64,000 bases of DNA from positions 52,898 through 116,897 of the forward strand of contig JAIFWJ010000002.1 of assembly GCA_019661865.1 (NCBI GenBank), given 5' to 3'. This DNA is from Candidatus Parcubacteria bacterium. Its GTDB lineage: Bacteria; Patescibacteriota; Minisyncoccia; Phycocordibacterales; Zambryskibacteraceae. Below the pieces are notes generated by a model. That model ran no database searches. It worked only from the letters and a program-made list of their open reading frames with translations, and was not told the DNA's origin. Shown here in pieces: positions 26,994-36,592 of the stretch (position 1 is the stretch's first letter; every line of letters begins with the position of its first letter). The position numbers and the translations under genes were made by a program.

Positions 26994-27222
26994 AAATTGG
27001 AATACTAAATACAGTAGAGGGTTTATAGGATTAGTCAGTCTCCTTGTCACTGTCCTCATCATATGTTTTATGGTTTGGAAGATGGGAGCAGAACAGAATA
27101 TAAAAGCTCCTGAGTATAAAGGCGGTTCTTCACCTCTAAACGGATTTAATGCCATAGATCAAGCCAAGAATGCTAAGAACCAACTTGAGAACAGTGTACC
27201 CCCAGGGTATCTGAATCAATAG
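26986..27222 (+). CDS. small hypothetical membrane protein
   Basis: 78 aa with one transmembrane helix. Confidence 0.3.
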   Translation: MSENWNTKYSRGFIGLVSLLVTVLIICFMVWKMGAEQNIKAPEYKGGSSPLNGFNAIDQAKNAKNQLENSVPPGYLNQ

Positions 27223-27265
27223 AGAGCTTATGCAATGAATTAATCCCTCTTTCGTCTTAGAGCGA

Positions 27266-27457
27266 ATGGAAGATATTCCAAAACCAAAGAAGAAAATTGA
27301 TAGTAATGCCATAGTTTCCCCGAAGACCACCAAGAAGCTCTATGGAGAAAATCTTGATATCAAGGAGCCAGTAGCCGGCCAGTCCGACGAGATAAATACC
27401 GAGCTCCCTGAAGATATAGACAACATCGAGGAGAACTTGTTTCCGAGTGCGCCCTAA
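27266..27457 (+). CDS. small acidic hypothetical protein
   Basis: 63 aa. Confidence 0.25.
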   Translation: MEDIPKPKKKIDSNAIVSPKTTKKLYGENLDIKEPVAGQSDEINTELPEDIDNIEENLFPSAP

Positions 27458-27981
27458 GGTCTAAGTATGAAGCGGTAGGGTTTCTCACTCCATTCCTTAG
27501 CATAGGAGACGCCGATACGAGGTGTTCTCAAGATGTTCCTGGGATTTACTTTTGCTCCGTCCTCTATCCAGAGACCAGACTTTACTCCTAGCTTCTTTCC
27601 ATTTAGACTCCGATCTATGCCGAATTCTTTCGTTACTCTGCCTGGACCCCTTACTCTCTCAGTACTTCTTATAAGCACTGCGGCAGGGAAGTCACGTTCT
27701 TCAGTCACAATGTTAAGCATCCAATGCACTCCGTATATAAAGTAAACATATATAGTCCCTGCATCTTGGTACATCACTTCAGTCCTGGGTGTACGACCTT
27801 TAGAGGAGTGTGAGGCAAGATCATGTGGACCTATGTATGCTTCCACTTCTGTAATTTTCTCTCGGATAGTTTTGTTACCAATTTTTCTGACTAAAAATTT
27901 ACCAATTAAATTTTTGGCCACCGTTAGAGTTTTTCTCCGGAAAAATTTGTTTGTCAATCTTCTCATACACATATTGTGCAC
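27454..27981 (-). CDS. mpg: DNA-3-methyladenine glycosylase (AAG/Mpg family)
   Basis: ITEVEAYIG..D.ASHS..GRTPR....MY...G..YVYFIYG is the family signature. Confidence 0.85.
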   Translation of the reverse strand: MHNMCMRRLTNKFFRRKTLTVAKNLIGKFLVRKIGNKTIREKITEVEAYIGPHDLASHSSKGRTPRTEVMYQDAGTIYVYFIYGVHWMLNIVTEERDFPAAVLIRSTERVRGPGRVTKEFGIDRSLNGKKLGVKSGLWIEDGAKVNPRNILRTPRIGVSYAKEWSEKPYRFILRP

Positions 27982-28110
27982 CAGAGCATTTTATTATGCT
28001 TGACGGAGTACCTCAACCTGAGTAGATTAGCTCTCAGGCATGCACATTAGTAGTTCCTACCGAAGCACGTCGCGTGCCCAGTAACCCTCTTACCTCTATG
28101 AGGTAGACAA

Positions 28111-28299
28111 ATGAAACAGATGGTCACAGATCCGGCTGTGTCCACCAACACTCCCACAACTCCATCGACGAATCGGACATGTATCCGCGTCGGCCCAGGA
28201 GGGAAGAGGAGTCGTGTCGAGCTGGGAAGCGGGAGATTCATCGAGAACCTCCCTCCAGTCCCGAGGCATGTCACGACTGACGGCAAAACCTGGTCATAA
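28111..28299 (+). CDS. hypothetical small protein in a GC-rich islet (alternatively part of an ncRNA)
   Basis: 62 aa, about 58% GC. An SD (gaggt) sits 6 nt upstream and two strong hairpins follow. Confidence 0.25.
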   Translation: MKQMVTDPAVSTNTPTTPSTNRTCIRVGPGGKRSRVELGSGRFIENLPPVPRHVTTDGKTWS

Positions 28300-28345
28300 C
28301 GACCAGGTCACCAGCCCGCGGCTACAAGCCGCGGGCTACCCTTAT
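28300..28345 (+). terminator. tandem hairpins (tggtc-ataac-gacca and the 10-bp stem agcccgcggc-tacaa-gccgcgggct)
   Basis: A perfect GC-rich stem followed by AT-rich sequence. There is no clean T-tract, so it could instead be a structural RNA end. Confidence 0.35.
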
Positions 28346-28393
28346 ATAAATTATATAAATTTTTATAAACAATTTTCAGATTATAATTATTAA

Positions 28394-29059
28394 ATGAATC
28401 CATTTCCTAATTGGGCACGCAATATACTTTTTCTTCTGGTGTGCATTCTTTCAGGTTTGGCTCTTGTGATTATCATTAACGGATTAACTACTGGTACAGA
28501 ATTAACTCCATTCAATACAGCTGTCGAACATTTAGTTACTCCCTTCCGTCATGGATGGTTAACTAAAGTCATGCTCTTCACCACAAACCTGGGTTCTCCT
28601 ACAGCACTTTTATTCTTCGGAATTCTCCTGGCTATATATCTTCTTCTGAATAAAGATACTTATGACGCTCTTCTTTACGTAGTATCCATACTCGTTTCTA
28701 TTATTTCATTTATAGTACTTAAAAATATGTTTGTCATAGCACGACCAGACCAAGCTCTTACCACACTTTCTACATGGAGCTTTCCCTCTGGACATGCCAC
28801 AGTGGCTACAGCCTTCTTCTTCGCCACTGCTTATTCTTTCTGGGATCATTTTAAAACCTTCATGAGTAAAATTACTTTTGTTATTTTCTGTATCGTCTCT
28901 GCGACACTGATCTGCTTTTCTAGGCTTTATCTTGGTGTTCATTGGGCACTCGATGTGCTAGCGGGTGTGGCATTAGGACTACTCTCAGTTAGCTTCACCC
29001 TCCTTATCTTCAATATTTTCTTAGAAGAAAGGACTTGGTGGAGAAGGAGAAGGGTGTGA
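28394..29059 (+). CDS. PAP2-family phosphatase (BcrC/PgpB-like)
   Basis: Motifs K-x6-RP, PSGH and SR-x5-H-x3-D sit in a multi-pass transmembrane context. Confidence 0.75.
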   Translation: MNPFPNWARNILFLLVCILSGLALVIIINGLTTGTELTPFNTAVEHLVTPFRHGWLTKVMLFTTNLGSPTALLFFGILLAIYLLLNKDTYDALLYVVSILVSIISFIVLKNMFVIARPDQALTTLSTWSFPSGHATVATAFFFATAYSFWDHFKTFMSKITFVIFCIVSATLICFSRLYLGVHWALDVLAGVALGLLSVSFTLLIFNIFLEERTWWRRRRV

Positions 29060-29063
29060 TAAG

Positions 29064-29855
29064 ATGTTCTCCATGCAGAACGAAAACACACAGTCCCTTA
29101 TCAAATGGGGAAGAATCGTATTAATAATGTTGGGCGTTTTCTTAATAGTTGAGGCACTTGTGGGACTAAAGAGTCTTAGAACTCCAACCCCAGCCGTAAA
29201 TGTCATCTCTATTACCGGTACAGGAGAGGTGATGGTGGTACCAGATATAGCCACAGTCTCATATACTGTTTCAGCCGATGCTAAGGATGTGGCTACTGCG
29301 CAAGAGAGTGTCACCACTAAGATGGATAATATTCTAAACGCACTCAAGAATCTGGGTATAGATGACAAGGATGTAAAGACAACTAATTACAATGTTTATC
29401 CTAAGTACACGTATACTTCTACAGTTTGTACGGTGAACAACTGCCCTCCCTCTCGCCAGATTCCCGACGGATACACGGTAAGTCACGATATAACGGTAAA
29501 GATTAGAAAGACTGACAATGCAGGTAAGGTCCTTGCAGCTCTTGGCTCGAATGGAGCTACCAATATATCCTCAGTAACATTTACAACCGATGATCCAGAG
29601 AAGGTTCAGAATGAGGCAAGGGACAAGGCCATCGCAGATGCTAAGTCTAAGGCTGAAGTTCTTTCTAAGAGTCTTGATATCGACCTTGACCACATCGTGA
29701 ACTTCTACGATAACTCTGGATATCCGTATCCTGTATATGGTATGGGTGGTATGGATCTTAAGGCTCAGTCAGCTGCCCCGGCTGTTGCTCCCACTCTTCC
29801 AACAGGGGAGAACAAGGTAACTTCTAGCGTCACCTTGGTCTACGAAATCCGCTAG
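29064..29855 (+). CDS. SIMPL/DUF541-like periplasmic protein
   Basis: Signal anchor followed by ISITGTGEVMVVPDIATVSYTV, which resembles the SIMPL pattern. Confidence 0.55.
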   Translation: MFSMQNENTQSLIKWGRIVLIMLGVFLIVEALVGLKSLRTPTPAVNVISITGTGEVMVVPDIATVSYTVSADAKDVATAQESVTTKMDNILNALKNLGIDDKDVKTTNYNVYPKYTYTSTVCTVNNCPPSRQIPDGYTVSHDITVKIRKTDNAGKVLAALGSNGATNISSVTFTTDDPEKVQNEARDKAIADAKSKAEVLSKSLDIDLDHIVNFYDNSGYPYPVYGMGGMDLKAQSAAPAVAPTLPTGENKVTSSVTLVYEIR

Positions 29856-29923
29856 GCTTGCCTTAAGTAAAAGCCTCTGGTATTATCTAAAAAGCGCTCA
29901 AGGGGGCGTTTTTTAGTAAACAA

Positions 29924-30106
29924 ATGTCTAGACTAGGAAATTACATACAGGAGACTCGTGCGGAGCTCACCCACGTCAAGTGGCCCACTAGGCGCCAGGC
30001 TGTTGGCTTCACTATTATCGTTATCCTCATATCCATACTTACCTCGCTCTTCTTGGGCTTCTTCGACTATGTCTTCTCTCTGGTTATCCAGAAGTTTGTT
30101 CTTTAA
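29924..30106 (+). CDS. secE: preprotein translocase subunit SecE
   Basis: 60 aa with one transmembrane helix and KWPTRRQ. Its position upstream of nusG-rplK supports the call. Confidence 0.8.
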   Translation: MSRLGNYIQETRAELTHVKWPTRRQAVGFTIIVILISILTSLFLGFFDYVFSLVIQKFVL

Positions 30107-30116
30107 TCGAATTTAC

Positions 30117-30662
30117 ATGACAAAACAAAAAATCTCAGAAGGTAGAAATTGGTACGTCATTCACACCTATGCAGGATATGAGAATGCTGTGCAGAGAAAT
30201 CTTAAGCAGCGCATCGAGTCACTCGGCATGGAGGACAAGATTTTTAACGTAGTCGTACCGACAGAGAAGAAGATTAAGATTAAGAATGGAAAGCGAGTGG
30301 AAGAGGAAGAGAAAATTTATCCGGGTTATATCTTGGTAGACATGATCGTGACCGATGACTCATGGTACGTTGTGCGTAATACTCCTCGCGTGACCGGTTT
30401 CGTCGGTTCTGGAGTTTATCCAGTACCGATAGACAAGACAGAGGTAGACTCACTCTTCCAGCGCATGAATGCAGATAAGGTGCTCCACACTATAAATCTC
30501 ACTACTGATGATGCCGTGCAGATTGTGGACGGTCCGTTTAAGGATTTAGAGGGCAAGGTTAGTGAGGTAGACGAGGAGAGAGGTAAGGTCAAGGTTTTGG
30601 TCTCCATGTTCGGTCGTGAGACCCCAGTTGAACTCGACTTCTTGCAGGTCAAGAAGGTTTAA
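30117..30662 (+). CDS. nusG: transcription antitermination factor NusG
   Basis: NGN domain (WYVIHTYAGYENAV) and KOW domain (GPFKDLEGKVSEV). The ORF track's 29958 start is a frame extension over secE. Confidence 0.85.
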   Translation: MTKQKISEGRNWYVIHTYAGYENAVQRNLKQRIESLGMEDKIFNVVVPTEKKIKIKNGKRVEEEEKIYPGYILVDMIVTDDSWYVVRNTPRVTGFVGSGVYPVPIDKTEVDSLFQRMNADKVLHTINLTTDDAVQIVDGPFKDLEGKVSEVDEERGKVKVLVSMFGRETPVELDFLQVKKV

Positions 30663-30689
30663 GGTATTGTTACGCTCTCAATAATATAT

Positions 30690-31112
30690 ATGGCAAAGAA
30701 AGTTACAAAAGTACTAAAGCTCCAGATCCCCGGCGGTAAGGCCGTACCAGGTCAGCAGCTCGGACCTGTGCTTGGAGGTGCGGGTATAAACATCGGCGAG
30801 TTCGTCAAGCGTTTTAATGATGAGACTAAGGAGAGAGTAGGAGAAACGGTACCTACTATAGTAGAAGTCTATGAGGACCGCACTTACCATCTTACATACA
30901 AGATCGAACCAGTATCAAACTTAATTTTAAAAACTCTCGGTAAGGAGAAGGGAAGCGGCAAACCGAACACTTCTAAGATCGGTACTCTCACCAAAGCACA
31001 AGTGAAGTCCATTGCAGAGAAGAAGATGGCAGACTTAAATGCCACAGACATAAACGCCGCCATGAAGATTGTGGAAGGCTCTGCGAGAAGTATGGGTGTC
31101 GACGTCCGCTAA
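30690..31112 (+). CDS. rplK: 50S ribosomal protein L11
   Basis: Begins MAKKVTKVLKLQIPGGKA; the protein is an L11 homolog. Confidence 0.9.
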   Translation: MAKKVTKVLKLQIPGGKAVPGQQLGPVLGGAGINIGEFVKRFNDETKERVGETVPTIVEVYEDRTYHLTYKIEPVSNLILKTLGKEKGSGKPNTSKIGTLTKAQVKSIAEKKMADLNATDINAAMKIVEGSARSMGVDVR

Positions 31113-31120
31113 CATCTAGC

Positions 31121-31150
31121 AAAAGTCCCGGGAAACCGGGACTTTTTAAA
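31121..31150 (+). terminator. rho-independent terminator after rplK
   Basis: aagtcccgg-gaaa-ccgggactt followed by ttttt. Confidence 0.6.
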
Positions 31151-31236
31151 TTTGTTATGTCAACTTCTGCTTTTTCTTTACGCAAGTAAAGTTATGCCAG
31201 ACAGATCATTAAACAGAATTCCTTCCAGGAGGATAT

Positions 31237-32277
31237 ATGGCAACTGAACGGACTAGTATTTCAGCTGAAGTCGTGGCTGACAGTTTCCACAACAGAAGTA
31301 GACTGACCACTTTCGAGGTGGTTATGCCTCGATTTCTCCTTCCCGAGTTCAACACTCACCGAGATTTTAGTCGAAACTCGGCGAGCTCACGGGCCATCCC
31401 AGTCTGGAAGCGTCTCAAGGAGGTTCTGGAAAAGCCGTTTGTGCCGCTCCAATTCGGGAAGAACAAAGCCGGCATGCAGTCAGCAGAATCCGTGTCGGAA
31501 GAAGATAATGCAGCTTCTCGGCATAACTGGCTTGTAGGGCGCGATGTTGCAGTCCTCCAGGCGTTTTTCCTTTCTGGTGGCACCGCGCAAATCCTGAAGG
31601 ATTCCAAGGGTGACCCTCGGGCAGAAGAGCTATGCAAGAAAATTGAAGATCTTTCCTACTTCTTCAGAGATGTCATTACTAAAATAAAGCCCATCAAGAT
31701 AGGCGTTCACAAGCAACATGCTAACCGTGTGCTAGAGCCGTATAGTTATCACACAGTAATCGTAACAAGCTCTGTGTGGAAAAATTTCTATGCACTCCGT
31801 GCTTCTCCATTGGCTCAACCGGAAATCCAAACTCTGGCGATCGCCATGGCTCGAGCTCATACAGAAAGTGTGCCGTGCCAGCTTGACGAAGGAGGATGGC
31901 ATCTTCCGTTTGTGTTTGATGAAGACAGAAAGGAAGTTTCGGATCCCAAACGCTTAGCGCGTCTCTCATCGGCTCGATGTGCGAGAGTAAGCTATCTCAC
32001 ACATGACGGAAAGAGAAGTCTCGATGCGGATTTCCAGATGGCGGACTCGCTTCAGATTAACGGTCACATGTCACCATTCGAGCATCCAGCGACTATTTTA
32101 CCTAAAGGTTTGTCAGGTCTATGGTACTCTGGCAACTTTACATCTTGCTGGACGCAGTATCGTAAAATGCTTCCGAATGAAAATGATTTCTCTCGAATGA
32201 TCACGAGAGAGTCGCTTCTCCAAGGACTAGAAGAAGACGAAACGCTTGTAAACTTCGTCCTCTCTCTTCCCAACTAG
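31237..32277 (+). CDS. ThyX-like (Thy1 family, flavin-dependent thymidylate synthase-like), unusually long
   Basis: THRDFSRNSASSR matches the ThyX signature RHR-x7-S-x-R except that the first Arg is Thr. The preceding segment TTFEVVMPRFLLPEF also fits. The gene is 346 aa and about 52% GC. Confidence 0.55.
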   Translation: MATERTSISAEVVADSFHNRSRLTTFEVVMPRFLLPEFNTHRDFSRNSASSRAIPVWKRLKEVLEKPFVPLQFGKNKAGMQSAESVSEEDNAASRHNWLVGRDVAVLQAFFLSGGTAQILKDSKGDPRAEELCKKIEDLSYFFRDVITKIKPIKIGVHKQHANRVLEPYSYHTVIVTSSVWKNFYALRASPLAQPEIQTLAIAMARAHTESVPCQLDEGGWHLPFVFDEDRKEVSDPKRLARLSSARCARVSYLTHDGKRSLDADFQMADSLQINGHMSPFEHPATILPKGLSGLWYSGNFTSCWTQYRKMLPNENDFSRMITRESLLQGLEEDETLVNFVLSLPN

Positions 32278-32290
32278 TAGGGATTCGTCC

Positions 32291-32962
32291 CTACTTTTTT
32301 ATATCTCGATCAGTATAGAGTTTGGGGAGCATACTTAGAGGATTCCAGTCTCTCTTCATCTCTTTTATATTTTGGGAGCTTTGGTATTTACCAGTCTTTG
32401 TATAATCAGTTTTAAGAATAGGCCCAGTTTCGAAGAAAATAATTTGGGCAATTCTGCGGCCAACCACTAGAGGGATAGAGTAGTGGGAAGAGTTATTTGT
32501 AATCTCCATGGTCCAACGGTTCGTATATCCTACATCACCCCAGCCTGCACACTTACACACCTCTATAAAATTTCTTCCGAGGGATGAACGAGCTTTCATC
32601 ATAGTAGTTATATGGTTTCGACCTCCGATAAACTCTTGTGTATGTGCTAGAACTGTTTCTCCTGGCTCAAGTAAAATAATTTTTTCATCTGGCTTAATAC
32701 CAATGTATTCAAACTTTGTATCTTGGAAGACTTCCTTGGCCTTCTCTGCCTTGTGTGGGGTAGTGCCCCACACGTGGTCTGTGTGTCTCTTGTCGTAAAT
32801 ATTATAAATGTTGTAGAGATGCTTGGGTCTCTGCTCTCGGAAGTAGTACTCGCCGAGGGTGACATCGTAGCTTGACGTGGCCAGATTTTCTTTGTGGAAG
32901 GGCTCTATAACAATATCTCCCTTCTTCATTTCCTCCAGTATCCGTCTGTCTGAAAGCGCCAT
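32291..32962 (-). CDS. dcd: dCTP deaminase (dUTPase superfamily)
   Basis: GDIVIEPF, SSYDVTLG and GRNFIEVCKCAGWGDVGY. The start is taken at MALSD. Confidence 0.8.
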   Translation of the reverse strand: MALSDRRILEEMKKGDIVIEPFHKENLATSSYDVTLGEYYFREQRPKHLYNIYNIYDKRHTDHVWGTTPHKAEKAKEVFQDTKFEYIGIKPDEKIILLEPGETVLAHTQEFIGGRNHITTMMKARSSLGRNFIEVCKCAGWGDVGYTNRWTMEITNNSSHYSIPLVVGRRIAQIIFFETGPILKTDYTKTGKYQSSQNIKEMKRDWNPLSMLPKLYTDRDIKK

Positions 32963-33011
32963 ATTAGAGTAGAAGTCTAACATGGTGGACAAAGGTGGTA
33001 CAATTCGCTCG

Positions 33012-33698
33012 ATGCCTTGGAATTCCGGAAACTTAATTGTGATCGAAGGAGGGGATGGAGCCGGCAAGGCCACTCAAACTCGACTCCTATACAATGCCTT
33101 AAGAAAGAGCAGGAAGGTTACACTCTTCGAGTTTCCTAGGTATAAACAATCTCAATTTGGTCGGCTTGTGCGGCGCTCACTCGATGGTGAATTCGGAGAT
33201 TTCTTGGGTCTGTCTCCATACTTTTCATCTCTACCTTATGTCCTAGACCGTACTAGAGCCAAGTATCTGTTACAGGAAGCTCTGAAGGAAGGCGATGTAA
33301 TATGCGATAGATATACACCTAGTAATCTTGCCCACCAAGGTGCCAAACTACCCAAGCGTGAAAGAGCCAAGTTTGTCCGCTTCATCGAGGAAGGAGAGTA
33401 TAAGGAGTTGGGACTTCCAGCGCCGGACCTCGTCATATATCTGTGGCTTCCTGCCACGGCATCTGAGGAGCTTATGAAAAAAAGAGTTAAGAAAGATAAA
33501 AGTAGGCACATAGACCAGCATGAGGCACAGATTGAGTATCAAAAGAAGGTTATAGAGATGTATCTCGACCTCGTCAAGGCTCGTAAAAACTGGCATGTGG
33601 TGAAGTGTGTGAATTCTAAAGGAAGTTTACGAAGTCGTAAGGATATTCATCAGGAGGTTCTTCAGATTGTGAAAAAGAGTCTAAAACTTAGGACGTAA
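33012..33698 (+). CDS. tmk: thymidylate kinase
   Basis: P-loop LIVIEGGDGAGKATQ with a DRY-like DRYTPS. An alternative start is 32982. Confidence 0.8.
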   Translation: MPWNSGNLIVIEGGDGAGKATQTRLLYNALRKSRKVTLFEFPRYKQSQFGRLVRRSLDGEFGDFLGLSPYFSSLPYVLDRTRAKYLLQEALKEGDVICDRYTPSNLAHQGAKLPKRERAKFVRFIEEGEYKELGLPAPDLVIYLWLPATASEELMKKRVKKDKSRHIDQHEAQIEYQKKVIEMYLDLVKARKNWHVVKCVNSKGSLRSRKDIHQEVLQIVKKSLKLRT

Positions 33699-33699
33699 A

Positions 33700-34500
33700 T
33701 TGAGTTTGCAAAAAAGGAACTTGTTTGTTACATATAAAGCTAGAACCTTCCTTTTGGAGGAGATTATGACGCTACGGAACTTGGTTTTGCATTTTTTCAG
33801 CATGTATGGTCGACGTAATGATCTTTTTCTACCAGATGTGAGAACTCGTCTTGATCTTTTGAACTTTGGTATTGCAGACTGGCAAGATGCTATTCGCAAA
33901 CATCGAGAAAACAGACAAGTTTTGAACGTGGCTGCCGCTAGAGTAGTGAGCAGAATCTTTTGTGTCAACCACGCATACCCAACTGTAGTGCTAGATATAT
34001 CTCTAGCAAAGAAATTTGGAAGAGGATGTGGATACTGTAAGCACATTCCCTGCATCTGCCAAGGAGACAGAAGGGAATCTCTTACCACCTCCTCGACTCA
34101 ACGTGAGTACTGGTCACTTGGAGATTGGAGTAGCCATCTGGGTGCTCTTTATGGGGAGGCCAATCGGAGGGCCGGGGTTGAAAATGTTCTCAATCGTCTG
34201 CAGAGCGAATTCTCTGAATTCGCTCGCCTAGTCGCAGAGACTCAAACTGGGCGATTCGAGATAGATGAACTTGAGATGGAGCTCGGCCTCGAGCTTGCTG
34301 ACATGCTTGCTTGGACCATCGGACTTGCTGGTGTCCTAGATATTGACTTGGAAGGAGCTGTCAGACATTACTATGGAAAAGGCTGTCTGGCATGCCAGAG
34401 TCCAAGCTGTAGGTGCTCTAAGCACTTTGTCCGGCAAGTAGATTGGTCCAGGTGGCTTCTTACCAGAGGTGAGGAAGCTGCATCTGGGTATGTCCGCTAG
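33700..34500 (+). CDS. MazG-like NTP pyrophosphohydrolase-fold protein with two Cys clusters
   Basis: EIDELEMELGLELADMLAWTIGLA is a MazG-type EExxE helix. Cys clusters are CGYCKHIPCIC and CLACQSPSCRC. The gene is about 50% GC. An alternative start is 33766. Confidence 0.45.
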   Translation: MSLQKRNLFVTYKARTFLLEEIMTLRNLVLHFFSMYGRRNDLFLPDVRTRLDLLNFGIADWQDAIRKHRENRQVLNVAAARVVSRIFCVNHAYPTVVLDISLAKKFGRGCGYCKHIPCICQGDRRESLTTSSTQREYWSLGDWSSHLGALYGEANRRAGVENVLNRLQSEFSEFARLVAETQTGRFEIDELEMELGLELADMLAWTIGLAGVLDIDLEGAVRHYYGKGCLACQSPSCRCSKHFVRQVDWSRWLLTRGEEAASGYVR

Positions 34501-34566
34501 TGTTAGTCCATCCTACGATTATTGGATGGACTTTTTAATTTCTTCAATTTCAGTATGATAGGCAGA

Positions 34567-36135
34567 ATGAAGCAGACTCTCACCGAGCTCATCAAGACAT
34601 TTGTAGGCGGGAATGCACGATTTACTGTAGAGCACCCAACGAATCTTGAGTTTGGAGATTATTCTACTAATGCTGGTATTGTCTCGAAGAAGTCAGATGA
34701 ACTCTTGGAATTTTTAAATAAGAATAAACCAGAAGAAGTAGAAAGAGTGGAGAATAAAAATGGATTTATAAACTTCTATCTTTCAAAAAAGTTTTTTAGT
34801 GATTCGTTAAAAGAAATTATTAAAGCGGGAGATGACTTCGGAAGAGGAGAAAGTGGTAAGGGCTCCAAGGTTATGGTGGAGTACACAGATCCGAACCCTT
34901 TTAAGGAGTTCCATATTGGACACCTCATGTCTAATACTATAGGTGAAGCAGTTTCAAGAATTATCCAGTGGAATGGCGCAGAAGTTAAACGAGCCAACTA
35001 TCAAGGTGATGTAGGCATGCATGTGGCCAAGGCAGTATGGGGGATGCTTCATGAGAAGAAGGACCCATATGTAGCAGGAGAGAAAGCATATGAGGATGAT
35101 GAGAATGTGAAGTTCGAGATTCAAGAAATAAATCGGAAAATTTATGACAAGAGTGATGAGAATATAAATAAACTATACGAAGACGGGAGAAAAAAGAGTC
35201 TGGAGAAGTTTGAAGAAATATACAAGAGACTCGGCACTAAGTTCGACTACTACTTCTTTGAATCAGAGACTGCTGAACTTGGGAAAAAAATTGTTCTAGA
35301 TAACCCAGGTACATTTGTCGAGTCGCAGGGTGCAGTCGTCTTTAATGCTGGTGATCATGACAAGTCGCTCCACACTCGTGTGTTTATAAACTCTGAAGGC
35401 ATACCTACATATGAGGCCAAGGAGTTGGGACTCGCCAAGATAAAATACGATAAGTATCCATATACATTCTCGGTGGTTATCACTGGTAATGAAGTGAAGG
35501 ATTATTTCAGAGTTTTACTCCAGGCCATGAAATTAGTTTTCCCGGACCTAGCGAGTAAAACTCACCATCTTCCGCACGGAATGTTGCGTCTCCCTAGCGG
35601 TAAGATGTCCTCGCGTACCGGAGAAGTCATAACGGCAGAAAGTATGATTGAGGAAGTGAAGGGGAAAGTTAAGGATGATGAGAATGTGGCCATAGGAGCA
35701 TTGAAGTACTCTATACTGAAGCAAGGTGTCGGCGGAGACATTGTCTTCGATATTAATCAGTCTGTTTCTACAGAGGGCGACTCGGGAGTTTACCTCCAAT
35801 ATGCACACGCAAGAGCAAACTCGCTTATTGAAAAAGCAGAAGCACAAGGAGTCTCTATAAATACAGATTCCCAAGAAGATTCTTTAGTAAGAGAAGTAGA
35901 AAGGTTTCTATATAGATTTCCAGAAATTATCCCACGTGCAATGGATGACTTTGCACCTAACTACATAGCTACTTATCTTATTGAGCTTGCCTCAAGCTTT
36001 AATAATTTCTATGCTCATGAGCAAGTGATAGGAGGAGAGAATTCAGGATACAAACTTGCCATAGTTCGGGCTTTCAAAACAGTTATGAAAAATGGCCTAA
36101 CCGTTCTCGGTATTCCAGCCCCTGAAAGGATGTAG
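34567..36135 (+). CDS. argS: arginine--tRNA ligase
   Basis: HIGH motif (FHIGHLMSNTIGEA) and a C-terminal DALR anticodon-binding region. Alternative starts are 34522 and 34555. Confidence 0.85.
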   Translation: MKQTLTELIKTFVGGNARFTVEHPTNLEFGDYSTNAGIVSKKSDELLEFLNKNKPEEVERVENKNGFINFYLSKKFFSDSLKEIIKAGDDFGRGESGKGSKVMVEYTDPNPFKEFHIGHLMSNTIGEAVSRIIQWNGAEVKRANYQGDVGMHVAKAVWGMLHEKKDPYVAGEKAYEDDENVKFEIQEINRKIYDKSDENINKLYEDGRKKSLEKFEEIYKRLGTKFDYYFFESETAELGKKIVLDNPGTFVESQGAVVFNAGDHDKSLHTRVFINSEGIPTYEAKELGLAKIKYDKYPYTFSVVITGNEVKDYFRVLLQAMKLVFPDLASKTHHLPHGMLRLPSGKMSSRTGEVITAESMIEEVKGKVKDDENVAIGALKYSILKQGVGGDIVFDINQSVSTEGDSGVYLQYAHARANSLIEKAEAQGVSINTDSQEDSLVREVERFLYRFPEIIPRAMDDFAPNYIATYLIELASSFNNFYAHEQVIGGENSGYKLAIVRAFKTVMKNGLTVLGIPAPERM

Positions 36136-36192
36136 ACAAAGATGGGAGATAGTAGTACTATCACACTGGTCTTTGTTTAACATGGAGGTTGT

Positions 36193-36534
36193 ATGACAGA
36201 TTTGTTCCGAGAGCTTACAGAACTAAGAGAAAAAGCTCTAAAACGACTTGAGAGGGAGAAGATTGAAGCTGAGCGAGCATCCTTAGAAAGGTGTACAAAA
36301 GAAGCGCAAGAAATTATCAAATCCTTGCCCGACAAATTACGCGAGGCTGCCAATGCAGGCAACAGAAACCTGGAAATCTATACATTTTCTACCTCAAAGG
36401 GCAACAGTGAACACCCTGTATTTGTATTAGTGACCGCTTGGGCTCAGAAACACGGTCTTGTGGCACAAATTATGAAGCAAGTAGATGATGAGGGATATTC
36501 GTATGGCGGAAAGCTAATGATTTTCATTGAGTAA
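36193..36534 (+). CDS. hypothetical protein
   Basis: 113 aa with a coiled-coil N-terminus. No recognisable domain. Confidence 0.4.
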   Translation: MTDLFRELTELREKALKRLEREKIEAERASLERCTKEAQEIIKSLPDKLREAANAGNRNLEIYTFSTSKGNSEHPVFVLVTAWAQKHGLVAQIMKQVDDEGYSYGGKLMIFIE

Positions 36535-36592
36535 CTAGTGGCGGGAGCCACTTTTTTGTAAAAAACATAATAAGTGTTAGGATACGAGAACG

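Noticed and set aside
28040-28345. RNase P RNA, tmRNA or SRP RNA
   Set aside because: The P4 GGAAAGUCC and ACAGAA motifs are absent, as are a tRNA-like TTCGA/ACCA end and an SRP GGAA-loop motif. It is left as an unclassified GC-rich block.
29958-30662. 234 aa ORF as listed in the track
   Set aside because: Its N-terminal 53 codons are an alternative frame across secE. NusG homology begins at the ATG at 30117.
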